Origin: an uncultured Actinomycetota bacterium
Lineage (GTDB): Bacteria; Actinomycetota; UBA4738; HRBIN12
DNA length: 64,000 bases
Assembly (NCBI GenBank): GCA_963788925.1
Contig: CAWBIH010000002.1
Location: 503,752 to 567,751, forward strand
Reading direction: 5' to 3'
Part shown: in pieces, positions 1-10,306 of the stretch
How positions within the stretch are numbered: the first letter of the stretch is position 1
Layout of the letters: each line of letters starts with the position of its first letter
The notes under the pieces: generated by a model
What the model was told of the DNA's origin: nothing
What the model saw: only the letters and a program-made list of their open reading frames with translations
Databases searched by the model: none
Position numbers and translations under genes: made by a program

Positions 1-1
1 C

Positions 2-814
2 ATGGTGCCGCTCGCCGCGATCGGCGTGCCGGTCCGGATCGAGGCGGGACGAGGACCCACGCTGGACGAGCCGATCCGGGACGCCGCCGGCGTGGCGCGG
101 CTCCGGGAACTGGATCCGGAAGCCGACGAGCCGCACGTGTCGGAGGCGATCAGGCTCCTCGTGAAAGAGCTCGAGGTGCCCCTGATCGGATTCTCCGGAG
201 CGCCCTTCACGCTGGCGAGCTACCTCATCGAGGGAGGACCGAGCCGGAGCTTCGACCGGACGAAAGCGCTGATGTACGGGGAGACGGCCGTGTTCGAGCG
301 CCTCCTCGAGGCGCTCGCCGACATCGTGGTGGCACATCTCCTTGCCCAGATCGATGCCGGCGTGCAGGCGGTACAGCTCTTCGACTCGTGGGTGGGGGTG
401 CTGGATCGAGACGACTACCAGCGCTTCGTGTTCCCTCACACGGCGAGGGTGTTCGAGGGGATCGCCGGCACGGATGCGCCGGCGATCCACTTCGGGGTCG
501 GTACCGGCCACCTGCTGGACCTGATGCGGGACGCGGGGGGCGACGCCTTCGGCGTCGACCACCGCGTCCCGCTCGATGACGCCTGGGCGACGATCGGCCA
601 CGATCGCGCGATCCAGGGGAACCTCGACCCGGCCGTCCTGCTGGGCCCCTGGGATCCCGTCGAGCGGAAGGCCCGCGACGTCCTCGCGCGCGCGGGCGAC
701 CGGGCGGGACACGTGTTCAACCTCGGCCACGGCGTGCTTCCCGACACGCCGGTCGAGCATCTCCAGCGGTTGGTGGACATGGTGCACTCGGAGACCGAGA
801 GGCGCGGCCCGTGA
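2..814 (+). CDS. hemE: uroporphyrinogen decarboxylase, 5' truncated by window edge
   Basis: C-terminal 270 aa with typical HemE motifs (FDSWVG, NLGHGVLPDTP). TGA stop at 812-814 overlaps the GTG start of the next gene. Confidence 0.9.
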   Translation: MVPLAAIGVPVRIEAGRGPTLDEPIRDAAGVARLRELDPEADEPHVSEAIRLLVKELEVPLIGFSGAPFTLASYLIEGGPSRSFDRTKALMYGETAVFERLLEALADIVVAHLLAQIDAGVQAVQLFDSWVGVLDRDDYQRFVFPHTARVFEGIAGTDAPAIHFGVGTGHLLDLMRDAGGDAFGVDHRVPLDDAWATIGHDRAIQGNLDPAVLLGPWDPVERKARDVLARAGDRAGHVFNLGHGVLPDTPVEHLQRLVDMVHSETERRGP

Positions 815-1782
815 CCCCGCCGGTGGGCGTGCTCGTGATGGCGTACGGGACCGCGACCGGTCCGGATGACATCGAGCGCTACTACACGGACATCCGCGGT
901 GGCCGCGCGCCAACGCCGGAGCACCTCGACGAGTTGCGGGATCGCTACGCGGCGATCGGAAACGTGTTCCCGCTCCTGGACACGACACGCGCCCAGGCGG
1001 CGGGACTCGTCGACCGGCTGAACGGCGACGGCGAGACGTATCGCGCGTACCTCGGGATGAAGCACTCGGCGCCGTCGATCTCGGAGGCGGTCGCTCGGAT
1101 GCGCGACGACGGTATCGAGCGGGCGCTCGGCATCGTGATGGCGCCGCACTGGTCGGGCATGTCCGTCGAAACGTACGTCGACCGGGTGCGCGGAGCGATG
1201 GACGAGCAGAGCGGTGGACCCTCGTTCTCGTTCGTCCGTAGCTACCACGCCCACGCGTCGTTCGTGAAGTTCCTCGCCGGACGGGTGTCGGATGCGCTCG
1301 ATGGGCTCGCTCCTGCCGACCGTTCCGGGGCGATGGTCCTGTTCACGGCGCACTCGCTTCCGACCCGCGTGATGGAGGACGGGTCGCTCCGCTGCAAGAC
1401 GTGCGACTGCGCCCCGTCGTGCCGCTATCGCGACGGCCTCCAGGAGACGGCCGACCTCGTCGCCCGGACGATCGGGCTCGGGAGCTACGGGATCGCGTGG
1501 CAGAGCGCCGGCCGCACGGCCGATCCCTGGTGGGGACCGCCGGTCCAGGAGTCGATCCTGGAGGCCGCCGCGCTGGGTCATCGTGCCGTGGTCGTCTGCT
1601 CGGCCGGGTTCGTCGCGGATCACCTCGAGATCCTCTACGACCTCGACATCGAGGCGAAGACCGTCGCGGAGGGTGCCGGGATCCGGTTCGCGCGGACGAC
1701 GATGCCGAACGCCGACCCCGAGTACCTGGACGTCCTGGCAGAGGTGGTGCGGGACCATCTCGCCGAGGCGCGGGGGGCGTGA
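811..1782 (+). CDS. cpfC: coproporphyrin ferrochelatase
   Basis: 323 aa ferrochelatase-family protein (VLVMAYGT..., conserved His/Glu region). Sits in the hemE-hemY-hemQ context typical of the coproporphyrin-dependent pathway. Confidence 0.9.
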   Translation: MTPPVGVLVMAYGTATGPDDIERYYTDIRGGRAPTPEHLDELRDRYAAIGNVFPLLDTTRAQAAGLVDRLNGDGETYRAYLGMKHSAPSISEAVARMRDDGIERALGIVMAPHWSGMSVETYVDRVRGAMDEQSGGPSFSFVRSYHAHASFVKFLAGRVSDALDGLAPADRSGAMVLFTAHSLPTRVMEDGSLRCKTCDCAPSCRYRDGLQETADLVARTIGLGSYGIAWQSAGRTADPWWGPPVQESILEAAALGHRAVVVCSAGFVADHLEILYDLDIEAKTVAEGAGIRFARTTMPNADPEYLDVLAEVVRDHLAEARGA

Positions 1783-3132
1783 CGGAACGGGTCGCCGTCG
1801 TGGGAGGAGGTGTTGCCGGGCTCGCCACCGCGTTCCACCTCCAGCAGGCGGGTGCGGATCCCCTGGTGTTCGAACGGGACGACACCTACGGGGGAGTCGT
1901 GGCGCCTCCCGTCGAGGTCGGGGACCTGTCACTCGAACCGGGTCCGGACTCCCTGGCGGCGCGGAAGCCGTGGGGCGCCGACCTCTGTCGCCGCCTCGGG
2001 CTGAGGACGATCGCGGCGGGCGCGTCGGGTGCGTTCCTCTGGACGGACGCAGGGTTGGTGCCGACCCTCGCGGGCGCCGCGTTTGGGATCCCGGGCGACG
2101 TCGGCGACGTGCTCCGGTGGCCGGGTGTGTCGCCCCGTGGACGGATCCGGTGCACTCGCGGATCTCGTGAAACGGAGGCGCCGGGACGGCGTCGAGGAAT
2201 CCCTCGGCGGGCTGCTCCGTCGCCGGCTCGGCGACGAGGCGACCGACCGAGCGATCGCGCCGCTGCTCGCGGGGCTGCACGCCGCCGACATCGACAGGAT
2301 GTCGGCGGCGGCGACGTTCGCGGAGCTCGTGACGTGGGAGCGAACCCAGGGGAGCCTGATCCGTGGCGCGCAGGCCGCGCAGCGGTCTGCGCGCAACGCC
2401 GAGCCCGGTCCACTCTTCCTTCGGCCGCCGGGTGGGATGCGGCAGCTGGTCGACGCCCTCGCGGGAGCCCTCGGTGAGCGTGTCCGCCCCCGCGCCGAGG
2501 TCACGCACGTGGATGATCGTGACGTCCGGCTCGCCGACGGCTCGGAGCCGGTCGAGGCCGTCGTCCTCGCCTGCGGAGCCGACGCTGCATCCGCGCTTCT
2601 CGGCCAGGCGGCGCCCGGGGGTCTCTCGGCGATCCACTCCACCTCGACCGGTGTCGTGTTCCTCGTCTACGCGCCCGGGACCGCCGACGCGCTTCCCGAC
2701 GGCACGGGGTTCGTCGTCCCGCGCGGCGAGGCGCCGATGACCGCCGCGACCTTCGTCTCACGGAAGTGGCCGGAGGAGCGGTTCGCCGACCGGGCGGTCG
2801 TGCGTTGCTACGTCGGCGGCGCCGGCGACGAGGACGTGCTGGACGCTCCGGACGAGGAGATCGTCGAAGCGTGCGCCCGGCACCTGAGCGCCGCCCTCGA
2901 CCTCCCCGGGCCTTCGGCGTCGCGAGTCCACCGATGGTGGCGCGCGATGCCTCAGTACGAGATCGGGCACCTCGATCTCGTCCGCGGGATCCGCGAGGCG
3001 CTACCGCCCGGTATCTTCGTCGTGGGGAGCGCGTTCGACGGGGTTGGCGTGTCCGACCTCGCGCGCGCCGCCGAAGACACGGCCGCACAGGTGCTCTCGT
3101 ACTTGGGAGCACCCCGGAAGGAGCCGGCATGA
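1779..3132 (+). CDS. cgoX: coproporphyrinogen III oxidase / protoporphyrinogen oxidase (HemY family), interrupted by a single-base frame change near 2150
   Basis: N-terminus has an FAD Rossmann motif (VAVVGGGVAGLATA). After LRWPGVSPRGRIR the HemY-like continuation (ALADLVKRRRRDG...SAFDGVGVSDLARAAEDTA) is in the +1 frame. GTG start overlaps the cpfC stop; TGA stop overlaps the chdC ATG. Confidence 0.8.
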
Positions 3133-3806
3133 CCGACACGATCTACGCCCTGTACCCGGTGTTCGCCGCGAGTCCCGAGCTGCGCGCCGAGCTCTTCGAG
3201 GACGACGCTCTCCGCAACGCCGCGGAGGAGATCGAGACCCTCTTCAAGGACTGGGCAGGCCGGGTGGACGTTCGCGGTTCGTACTCGACCGTCGGGTTCC
3301 GCGCCGACGCCGACCTCGTGCTCTGGCTGACCGCCGGCTCGGCGGAGGACCTCCAGCGGTTCCTCGTCGAGTTCCGGAGGACGCGGGCGGGTGACTTCCT
3401 GGATCCGGTCGTCTCGTTGATGGGGCTCGTGAAGCCCGCCGAGTTCACCCCCGATCACCAGCCGGCGTTCGTGCGAGGCGAGGCCCCTCGGACGTACCTC
3501 TGCGTCTACCCCTTCGTGCGTTCGCCGGAGTGGTATCTGCTTCCGTCGCAGGAGCGTGGAGAGCTGCTGGCCGAGCACGGCGTGCTCGGCCGTGAGTTCC
3601 CACAGGTCCTCGCCAACACGACGAGCGCCTTCGGCCTGGGGGACTGGGAATGGATCCTCGCCTTCGAGACCGACGAGCTGGATGCCCTCGTGGGCTGCAT
3701 CCGAAGGCTCCGCGACTCGAAGACCCGTCTCTACACGAAGGTGGAGACCCCGTTCTTCACGGGGATCCGCAAGCCGATCGTGGATGCCCTCGACGATCTC
3801 CGTTGA
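3129..3806 (+). CDS. chdC: coproheme decarboxylase (HemQ, chlorite-dismutase-like)
   Basis: 225 aa with the HemQ signature (YLCVYPFVRSPEWYLLP...GLGDWEWILAFETDEL). ATGA overlap with the cgoX stop. Confidence 0.9.
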   Translation: MTDTIYALYPVFAASPELRAELFEDDALRNAAEEIETLFKDWAGRVDVRGSYSTVGFRADADLVLWLTAGSAEDLQRFLVEFRRTRAGDFLDPVVSLMGLVKPAEFTPDHQPAFVRGEAPRTYLCVYPFVRSPEWYLLPSQERGELLAEHGVLGREFPQVLANTTSAFGLGDWEWILAFETDELDALVGCIRRLRDSKTRLYTKVETPFFTGIRKPIVDALDDLR

Positions 3807-3809
3807 CGA

Positions 3810-4796
3810 TTGACCGATAGCCGTCGCCCCGGCTACCGTCGGCGCACGATGCGTCGCACCGCTCTCGTCTGCGCGCTGACCGTGTTGGCGCTCGCACTCA
3901 CGCTGGCGAGATCGATCGAGCCGCGCGCGCGAGCCGTCACCGCGTTCCCTCGCATCGCGGCGGTCGGCGACATCGCGTGCAAGAACCCGCCGGCGATGAA
4001 CCGGAGCGTCTGCCAGTACGACGATGTGGCGGCCGCGATCGGGGCCGGCACCTACGACAAGGTGCTGCTCCTCGGAGACATCCAGTACGAGGCGGGCGTC
4101 TATCAGGATTTCGTCGAGAACTTCGACGTGTACTTCGGCGACCTCCTCCCGACCACGGCGCCCGCGCCCGGCAATCACGAGTACGGCGATCCCGGCGCGG
4201 CGGGGTACTTCCGCTACTTCGGTCCGCTCGCCCCTGCGAGCTTCTATTCCTTCGATCTCGGGGCGTGGCACATCGTGTCCCTCGATTCGACGATCTGCGG
4301 CACGGGGGGTCTCGCGTGCCTGGCCGGATCGGCTCAGCATTCGTGGCTGGCCGACGACCTCGAGAAGAGCGACGCCTTGTGCACGCTCGCGTTCTGGCAT
4401 CACCCTCGATGGGATTGGCTCAAGTACCAGAACGCCGACTGGACCAACGACTTCGAGCTCTTGAGGTCGAAACCGCTCTGGGACCTCCTGTACGCGCACG
4501 ATGCCGATCTCGTGCTCACCGGTCACAACCACAACTACTCGCGATGGAAGCCTGCGGATCCGCAAGGTCGTTTCGACCCCGACCGCGGTCTGACCCAGTT
4601 CGTCGTCGGTACCGGTGGCCGCAATCTCAACGACTTCGGGAACTTCCACACCCGACCGGAGATCTTCGCTCGCGGTCAGTCGAAGGCGTTCGGCTTCCTC
4701 GACCTCCGGTTGCGACCCGCGGGATGGAACTACCGGTGGATCTCAGCGGACGGCCAGCCGGCGTTCACCGACCAGGGGAGCGGTTCGTGCCATTGA
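3810..4796 (+). CDS. secreted calcineurin-like metallophosphoesterase
   Basis: Signal-peptide-like N-terminus. Metallophosphoesterase motifs GDIAC, GDIQY, GNHEY, GHNHNY. True start may be the internal ATG near 3846. Confidence 0.75.
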   Translation: MTDSRRPGYRRRTMRRTALVCALTVLALALTLARSIEPRARAVTAFPRIAAVGDIACKNPPAMNRSVCQYDDVAAAIGAGTYDKVLLLGDIQYEAGVYQDFVENFDVYFGDLLPTTAPAPGNHEYGDPGAAGYFRYFGPLAPASFYSFDLGAWHIVSLDSTICGTGGLACLAGSAQHSWLADDLEKSDALCTLAFWHHPRWDWLKYQNADWTNDFELLRSKPLWDLLYAHDADLVLTGHNHNYSRWKPADPQGRFDPDRGLTQFVVGTGGRNLNDFGNFHTRPEIFARGQSKAFGFLDLRLRPAGWNYRWISADGQPAFTDQGSGSCH

Positions 4797-4832
4797 CTGC
4801 AGGTACGGTGCCTTCGTGCCGATGATGCCCTC

Positions 4833-5693
4833 ATGAAGAAGCTCCTCGCCTCCCTCGCCGTCTCGAGTCTGCTCCTCGGTGCCTGCGCCAAGGAGCCCGC
4901 TCCCGATCCGGTCAACCCGCGGGACGCGGTGCTGAACTCGATGACGGCCGTCTACGAGGCCGGGACGCTTCACGAAGACTTCAAGATGTCCGTGTCGGGT
5001 GCGGGAGAGAGTCTCTCCTTCTCGGGCGAGGCGGACGTCGACAACGAACACAAGCGGGTCGACATGACGATGGACCTCGGGATGCTCGGCGGCGAGATGG
5101 AGATCCTGATGGACGACGGCGTGATGTACATGCGGTCGCCGGTCTTCCAGGATGCGGGCACGGACTGGGTCAGCATGGACCCCTCGAAGATGGATCCGGC
5201 CGCCGCCGGGCAGTTCGGCGGATTCGGGACCGGAACCACCGATCCGTCGGCCCTCGTCGGCTTGTTCGCGGGCGTGTTCGACGTGAAGGCTTCGGGGGAG
5301 CAAGAGATCAAGGGCGTGCCCACGACGCACTACGTGGGCACGATCGACTTGGAGAAGGTGCTCAAGGGGTTCGCGGACGTGGTAGGCAAGGAGGCGGACG
5401 CGGCGACCAAAGAGCAGCTCAAGGCGGCCGTGACGCAGTTCGAGTCCCTGGGTATCGACGAGAAGATCCCGTTCGAGATCTGGATCGACGCGGACGGGCT
5501 GCCGCGCCGACAGCGGATCACGATGGACTTCGGGAAGCTCGTCCCCGGCGCGGAGGACGCGAGCATGGAGATGACCGTCGACTTCTCCGACTTCGGGAAG
5601 CCCGTCCACATCACGATCCCGGACCCATCCGAGGTCACCGACATGACCGGAGCCCTCGGGGACGCCGGCTCCGGCTCAGGCGCCTACGGGTAG
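4833..5693 (+). CDS. putative lipoprotein (LppX/LprG-like fold suspected)
   Basis: N-terminal lipobox MKKLLASLAVSSLLLGAC. 286 aa with no catalytic motifs. Family assignment is by general resemblance only. Confidence 0.55.
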   Translation: MKKLLASLAVSSLLLGACAKEPAPDPVNPRDAVLNSMTAVYEAGTLHEDFKMSVSGAGESLSFSGEADVDNEHKRVDMTMDLGMLGGEMEILMDDGVMYMRSPVFQDAGTDWVSMDPSKMDPAAAGQFGGFGTGTTDPSALVGLFAGVFDVKASGEQEIKGVPTTHYVGTIDLEKVLKGFADVVGKEADAATKEQLKAAVTQFESLGIDEKIPFEIWIDADGLPRRQRITMDFGKLVPGAEDASMEMTVDFSDFGKPVHITIPDPSEVTDMTGALGDAGSGSGAYG

Positions 5694-6326
5694 GAGCGCC
5701 CGCAGGTCCCGGATCACCCGATGCCCGTTGAGATCGGGCGTGCCGTCCCCTGACCGGTCGATCAGGAAGGTCTCGATCCCGAGAACGGCCGCGCCGTCGC
5801 AGTACGGCGGTTGATCGTCGACGAAGACGGATCGCTCGGGCGCGACGTCACCGAGCCGGCGTAGGGCTTCCCGATAGATCCCGGGGTCCGGTTTGTGGAT
5901 CCCCACTTCGAACGACAGAAGGACCTCGTCGAACTCTTCGTCGAGTCCCAGCCGGTCGACGATCGGCCGCGTCGAATGCGAGCAGTTGCTGATCAGCGCG
6001 GTCCTGGTGCCCCGCGCCCGAAGCTCTCGAACGACCGGAAGAGAATCCTCGTAGAGCTCGACACCCGTCTCGGTGAACGCGCGCTCCATGTCCAGGAGCC
6101 TCGCGACCAGCGCGGGATCCGGGTCGACCCCGGCTGCCTCGACGATCGCGGTCATGTCTCCCCGGGCGCTCTCGTACGTGCCGACGCCCCTCGCCGCTCT
6201 GGTCAGCTCGTACGCGCGGAAGAGATCCGCCTTGTTGACGCCGAGCTCGGCGGTGATGCGGTCGGAGAGCTGCCCCCAGTGGGTGCGGGCGATCGTGTCG
6301 TAGAGATCCAGCAGAACGGCATCCAC
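5676..6326 (-). CDS. HAD-superfamily hydrolase
   Basis: 216 aa. N-terminal LLDLYDTI (DxD-type motif I variant), motif II TALISN, distal VDD. Full-length ORF ending opposite the lipoprotein gene. Confidence 0.7.
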   Translation of the reverse strand: MDAVLLDLYDTIARTHWGQLSDRITAELGVNKADLFRAYELTRAARGVGTYESARGDMTAIVEAAGVDPDPALVARLLDMERAFTETGVELYEDSLPVVRELRARGTRTALISNCSHSTRPIVDRLGLDEEFDEVLLSFEVGIHKPDPGIYREALRRLGDVAPERSVFVDDQPPYCDGAAVLGIETFLIDRSGDGTPDLNGHRVIRDLRALLPVGA

Positions 6327-6348
6327 GCGACAAGGATAGGGCCGGAGC

Positions 6349-8382
6349 TCACTCGGCCCACAGGCCGGCGAGGAATGCGTCGACGTCCGCCGCAGCGGTG
6401 AAGGCTGCTCCGTCGTCCGGGACCGCCACGACCTGCGGCGCGATGACGTCGAAGTGTTCGAGGACCTCGTCCGGGAGGAATCGGGACCGCTGCGAATACG
6501 AATGCGGGTCCTCGAGTCCTCTCGGCCTGCGGTAGTAGCGCTGGGGATAGGTCACGTGGAGCGCGTCGCGCGCACGGGTGAGCGCCACGTAGAGCAGCCG
6601 CCGCTCTTCCTCGATCTCGTCGTCGTTTCCCGTCGACATGTCCGAGGGGATCATCCCGTCGGCCGCGTGGATGACGTGCACGACGTCCCACTCGAGGCCC
6701 TTCGCCGAATGGATCGTCGAGAGGATCAGGTAGTCCTCGTCCAGGTGGGGCGGGCCCGCGAGGTCGCCGGTCGACGAGGGTGGATCGAGCGTGAGATCGG
6801 CGAGGAACTGTCCTCGCGACCCGGCCTCGGAGGCGAGGAGCTCGAGCTGTTCGAGGTCGCGCACCCGCGATGCGGCCGCCTCGTACTTCCTCGCGATGAC
6901 GGGCTCGAGGAACGTCCTGAGCCGGGCGAGCTGGCCGGCGGGCGGGAGCACGTCGGCGTCGAGACAGTCGTCGAGCGCCGCGCGAAGGTCGCGGATGCCT
7001 TGCGCCGCGCCCTTCGGCACGGCGATCGGCTCCTCGAGGAACCTTGCGAGCGGTGACGCCGCGTCCGCGGCGTCACCGCGACGCACTCCGAGCTCGTCCA
7101 TGAGCCGCCGCGACGAGGCCGGGCCCATCCCGTCCAAGAGCTGCAGCACCCGGAACCAGCTGACCTCGTCGAAGGGGTTCTCCAGGATCCGCAGGCACGC
7201 GAGCGCGTCCTTCACGTGAGCGGCCTCCATGAACTTCAGGCCTCCGTACTTGATGAACGGGATGTTCCGGCGAGCGAGCTCGACCTCGAGGTGATCCGAG
7301 TGGTAGGCCGCGCGGAACAGGACCGCCTGCGCTTTCAGCGGGACGCCCTCCTCGCGATGTTCCAAGACCGCCCGGCAGACGGCGTCGCTCTGCTCGGCTT
7401 CATCGAGACACGCCCTCACGATCGGCCGTGAGTCGCCCGGCCGGGTCGGTTGAAGGGTCTTCTCGTGACGTTGCGGGCTGAGCGCGATCACCGCGTTCGA
7501 TGCCGCCAGGATCGGCGGTGTCGACCGGTAGTTCCGTTCGAGCTTGATCAAGGCCGCGCCCGGGAACCGGTCGGGGAACTCGAGGATGTTCTTCACGGTC
7601 GCGGCGCGGAACCCGTAGATCGCCTGCGCGTCGTCGCCGACGACGGTGAGGTTCCTCGGGCCGGCTGCAGGCCGCATCCCTTCGAGGATGTCGGCCTGCA
7701 ACGCGTTCGTGTCCTGGTACTCGTCGACGAGGATGTGCTCGAACATCGCGGCGAGCTGCTGAGAGGTTGCAGGTGAGGTGGCGAGCGCCTTCCAGAACAA
7801 CAACAGGTCGTCGTAGTCGAGGACGTGCTGCTGCCGCTTGCGTTCCGTGTAGGCGCGGAAGATCTCCCGGATCCCCTCGGCCTCCTCGAGGCACCACGGG
7901 TAATGGCGCTTCAGGACGTCGGCGAGCCGTTCACCCGCGTTCACGGTCCGCGAGTAGATCGCCGCGAGCGTGTCCTTGCGAGGGAATCGGCGCTCGCGGG
8001 CTGAGTATCCGAGCTCGTCGCGGAGCAGGTTCATCACGTCGGCGCCGTCGGCCTGGTCGAGGACGGTGAAGTCGGGGGTGAGGCCGAGCGCGCGACCATG
8101 GAGGCGGAGGAGCCGATTCCCGATCGCGTGGAACGTGCCGCCCCAGACGCGGCCGGTGTCGCTCGTGCCCAGGCGCGCCGCTCGTGAGACCATCTCGCGA
8201 GCGGCGCGCCTGCTGAACGTGAGGAGCAGGATGCGCTCCGGGCGCGTCCCTCGTTCGATGAGGGACGCGACACGCGCCGCCAACGTCATGGTCTTCCCGC
8301 TCCCGGCCCCGGCGACGATCAGCAGCGGCCCCTCGCCATGGCGAACGGCCGCCTGCTGCTCCGGATTCAGCTCCTCGAACAC
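6349..8382 (-). CDS. ATP-dependent DNA helicase, UvrD/PcrA/Rep family
   Basis: Walker A (AGAGSGKT) near the N-terminus and helicase motifs throughout. The ORF-track N-terminal 188 aa extension overlaps the CDGSH gene and is rejected; start is placed at the in-frame GTG (codon 8382-8380) just before FEELNPEQQ. Confidence 0.8.
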   Translation of the reverse strand: MFEELNPEQQAAVRHGEGPLLIVAGAGSGKTMTLAARVASLIERGTRPERILLLTFSRRAAREMVSRAARLGTSDTGRVWGGTFHAIGNRLLRLHGRALGLTPDFTVLDQADGADVMNLLRDELGYSARERRFPRKDTLAAIYSRTVNAGERLADVLKRHYPWCLEEAEGIREIFRAYTERKRQQHVLDYDDLLLFWKALATSPATSQQLAAMFEHILVDEYQDTNALQADILEGMRPAAGPRNLTVVGDDAQAIYGFRAATVKNILEFPDRFPGAALIKLERNYRSTPPILAASNAVIALSPQRHEKTLQPTRPGDSRPIVRACLDEAEQSDAVCRAVLEHREEGVPLKAQAVLFRAAYHSDHLEVELARRNIPFIKYGGLKFMEAAHVKDALACLRILENPFDEVSWFRVLQLLDGMGPASSRRLMDELGVRRGDAADAASPLARFLEEPIAVPKGAAQGIRDLRAALDDCLDADVLPPAGQLARLRTFLEPVIARKYEAAASRVRDLEQLELLASEAGSRGQFLADLTLDPPSSTGDLAGPPHLDEDYLILSTIHSAKGLEWDVVHVIHAADGMIPSDMSTGNDDEIEEERRLLYVALTRARDALHVTYPQRYYRRPRGLEDPHSYSQRSRFLPDEVLEHFDVIAPQVVAVPDDGAAFTAAADVDAFLAGLWAE

Positions 8383-8460
8383 GCGTTCGGAGGATAGTGC
8401 GCCGGGGTGACCGAATCGAGGACCCTTGTTCGCTCTCCCCTTCTCCGTCTTCGTGGGAGG

Positions 8461-9141
8461 ATGCCCCTCATGTCGGAGGCGGAGATCCACGTCGAGGAGA
8501 ACGGTCCGTACCAGGTGACCGGCCCGCTCCCGATCGCTCGCACTCGACAGGTGAAGACCGAGTTCGGCGAGCCCGTCGACTACGCGCCCTTCGAGCCGCT
8601 CGAGGCGGGAGAGTCCTACCGGCTCTGCCGGTGCGGCAAGAGCGCGAACAAGCCGTTCTGCGACGACAGTCACCTCGAGGAACCCCGCGTCGACGTCACG
8701 GAACGAGCGGATCACGGTCCTCGCGACGACAGGGCTGATGTCTTCCAATCGACGCATGACGGAGCAGTCATCAGCGACGACCTTTCGATCTGTACGAAGG
8801 CCGGCTACTGCAAGGACCGGTTCACGGGCGTCTGGCAGATGCTCGGGAACGCGGATCCTGCCGTCCGCGAACGCATGGGTCGGATGGTCGAGCTCTGCCC
8901 GTCGGGCCGGCTCGCGTGGGCCGACTCGGTCGACGCGCCGGATCACGAGCCGGAGTACGAGCCCGAGATCGGCGTGTTCAGGAACGGGCCGCTCTTCGTG
9001 CGCGGCGGTGTCCGAGTCGTGGGGGCGGACGGCGAGCCGTACGAGGTCCGGAACCGGCAGACCCTCTGCCGATGCGGCTATTCGCAGAACAAGCCGTTCT
9101 GCGACGGCTCACATTCCCGCGTCGGCTTCCGCGACGGCTGA
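8461..9141 (+). CDS. CDGSH iron-sulfur domain protein (two CDGSH motifs)
   Basis: Two copies of the C-x-C-x2-(S/T)-x3-P-x-C-D-G-S-H signature (CRCGKSANKPFCDDSH and CRCGYSQNKPFCDGSH). Divergent from the helicase across a 78-nt spacer. Confidence 0.85.
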   Translation: MPLMSEAEIHVEENGPYQVTGPLPIARTRQVKTEFGEPVDYAPFEPLEAGESYRLCRCGKSANKPFCDDSHLEEPRVDVTERADHGPRDDRADVFQSTHDGAVISDDLSICTKAGYCKDRFTGVWQMLGNADPAVRERMGRMVELCPSGRLAWADSVDAPDHEPEYEPEIGVFRNGPLFVRGGVRVVGADGEPYEVRNRQTLCRCGYSQNKPFCDGSHSRVGFRDG

Positions 9142-9144
9142 GCC

Positions 9145-9660
9145 TTAGGCCCGAACGAGCCCCAGCTCTTCGAGGAGTCCGGGCGGGATCGCGTGGCAGT
9201 ACGGCTCGTGCCCGTTGTTCAGGTAGTAGCGCTGGTGGTACTCCTCGGCCGGATAGAACGCGACGTGCGGACGGATCTCCGTCGCGATCGGCGTGGAGTA
9301 GCGGGCCTGCGCCCGATCGCGTGAGGCCTCGGCGGCCATCCGCTGCTCATCCGAGTGCGTGAGGACGATGCTCCGGTATTGCGACCCGCGATCCGGACCC
9401 TGGCGGTTCACCTGCGTCGGGTCGTGCATCGCCCAGAAGACCTCGAGCAGTTGGTCGAAGGAAACGACCTCGGGGTCGAACGTCACCTCGACGACCTCGG
9501 CGTGCCCGGTGGTGTCGCTGCAGACCTGTGCATACGTGGGGTTCTCGACGATCCCGCCGCTGTAGCCGGAGACGGCGTCGATCACACCGGGGACCCTGCG
9601 GAAGAGGTGCTCGACGCCCCAGAAGCAGCCGGCGCCGAAGGTTGCGGTCTCGGATGGCAT
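9145..9660 (-). CDS. msrA: peptide methionine sulfoxide reductase MsrA
   Basis: 171 aa with the MsrA active-site motif GCFWG near the N-terminus. Confidence 0.9.
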   Translation of the reverse strand: MPSETATFGAGCFWGVEHLFRRVPGVIDAVSGYSGGIVENPTYAQVCSDTTGHAEVVEVTFDPEVVSFDQLLEVFWAMHDPTQVNRQGPDRGSQYRSIVLTHSDEQRMAAEASRDRAQARYSTPIATEIRPHVAFYPAEEYHQRYYLNNGHEPYCHAIPPGLLEELGLVRA

Positions 9661-9853
9661 GTCGTTCTTCCTTTCCGAAAGAGTCGGTCATCCCATAGTG
9701 CCAGCCTTCGGCCCTTCCGTTGCACCGTCCCATCCCGCAGAAGTCGTAGTTCGCCCGGGGAAGCTCGAAATGGTCCTCTTCGCCGATACTCCCGTACGCG
9801 CGAGTACCCGATATCAGGTAGAGCAAGGGGAGAGGCACCGAGGAGGAGAGCAC

Positions 9854-10294
9854 ATGCGACAGTGGGAGCTCATCGGTATCACCGACACGGTCGACTGGAC
9901 GCCGCCTCGCCGTGAGGCCGCGCCCGCCGAGGACGAGGGGCACCTGCCGGCGGTCATGTGGACCACGGATGGATCGCTCCGTCTGAGAGGGGTCTCCTGG
10001 GCAGCCTCCCAGCACCTGGGGATCCACCCTCGATTCCTTGACGGGCGGGAGCTGCTCGATGCGTTCGGGATGGAAGGGGAGAACCTCCCGATCCTCGAAG
10101 CCCACGCGGCCGCGTTGACGGGGAAGACGGTCACGTTCAGCCTCCGAGGGGTCGAGGGGCGGATGTGGTGCCGCGTCGCGCCAACCCACGACGCGGGCGA
10201 GCACATCGTGGGGACGTTCTGCATCGCAACCGAGCCGGCGTCCGACGGCGACGAGCCGGTGGCCGCGCAGGAGACCACCCTCACGCTGGTGTGA
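9854..10294 (+). CDS. hypothetical protein (small PAS-like)
   Basis: 146 aa ORF with a strong RBS (GAGGAGGAGAG) 5 nt upstream of the ATG. No recognisable motif. Confidence 0.5.
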   Translation: MRQWELIGITDTVDWTPPRREAAPAEDEGHLPAVMWTTDGSLRLRGVSWAASQHLGIHPRFLDGRELLDAFGMEGENLPILEAHAAALTGKTVTFSLRGVEGRMWCRVAPTHDAGEHIVGTFCIATEPASDGDEPVAAQETTLTLV

Positions 10295-10306
10295 GCTTCG
10301 GGGCGG

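Noticed and set aside
436-2637. 733-aa ORF on the minus strand spanning hemE, cpfC and cgoX
   Set aside because: Antisense to three well-supported genes. Low-complexity Arg/Pro/Gly-rich translation typical of the third-position GC shadow frame in a 70% GC genome.
2952-4649. 565-aa minus-strand ORF over chdC and the metallophosphoesterase gene
   Set aside because: Antisense shadow ORF. No motifs. Overlaps two supported genes.
8383-8946. 188-aa N-terminal extension of the UvrD helicase ORF
   Set aside because: It overlaps the CDGSH gene on the other strand and lacks helicase motifs. The Walker A lies about 20 aa after the GTG at 8382.
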